Of a stretch of DNA of 64,000 nucleotides, positions 63,776 through 64,000 are shown one piece after another. This DNA is from the human T2T-CHM13v2.0 reference genome, Homo sapiens, in assembly GCF_009914755.1 (NCBI RefSeq), contig NC_060931.1. The stretch is one strand, 5' to 3'. Position 1 is the first letter of the stretch, and each line of letters opens with the position of its first letter. The position numbers were made by a program, and so were the translations under genes. Under the pieces are notes generated by a model, which searched no databases, was not told where the DNA came from, and saw nothing but the letters and a program-made list of their open reading frames with translations.

Positions 63776-64000
63776 GTTAGCTGGTTATTTTGCCTGTTAA
63801 TTGATGCAGTTTCGTCATAGCATCGATGGTCTTTACCATTTGGCATGTTTTTGCAGTGGCTGGTGCTCGTTACTTCTTTCCATGTTTAGTGCTTCCTTCA
63901 GGAGCTCTTGTAAGGCAGGCCTGGTGGTGACAAAATCTCTTAGCATTTGCTTGTCTGTAAAGGATTTTATTTCTTCTTCACTTATGAAGCTTAGTTTGGC

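Overview
Human genomic DNA: an AluYb-lineage element carries the human-specific 7-bp GCAGTCC duplication. The window is AT-rich and dominated by interspersed repeats, so it reads as deep intron or intergenic sequence. I find no credible protein-coding gene. The homology-bearing ORFs are decayed LINE-1 ORF2 pieces or read-through of Alu or DNA-transposon sequence, and the rest look like chance ORFs. Repeats include many LINE-1s (L1ME/HAL1 through L1PA4), about 17 Alu/FLAM copies, MaLR/ERV solo LTRs, Tigger/hAT DNA-transposon fossils, MIR and L2. I cannot support a new multi-gene system. The interesting signal is structural: (1) an L1PA4-like stub with a ~640-bp 3' transduction inside an L1PA7, supported by a 17-bp TSD and an age paradox; (2) a perfect 37-bp inverted repeat in an ancient repeat; (3) an L1MA copy with a 50-bp fold-back hairpin, a templated insertion, a micro-foldback and a 5' inversion; (4) two L1s tail-to-tail at one shared target site; (5) a young AluYb in an inverted pair with an AluY; (6) a ~25-bp L1 stub with a 14-bp TSD; (7) candidate non-coding exons. 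Subfamily names come from recalled consensus sequences, not a database run.
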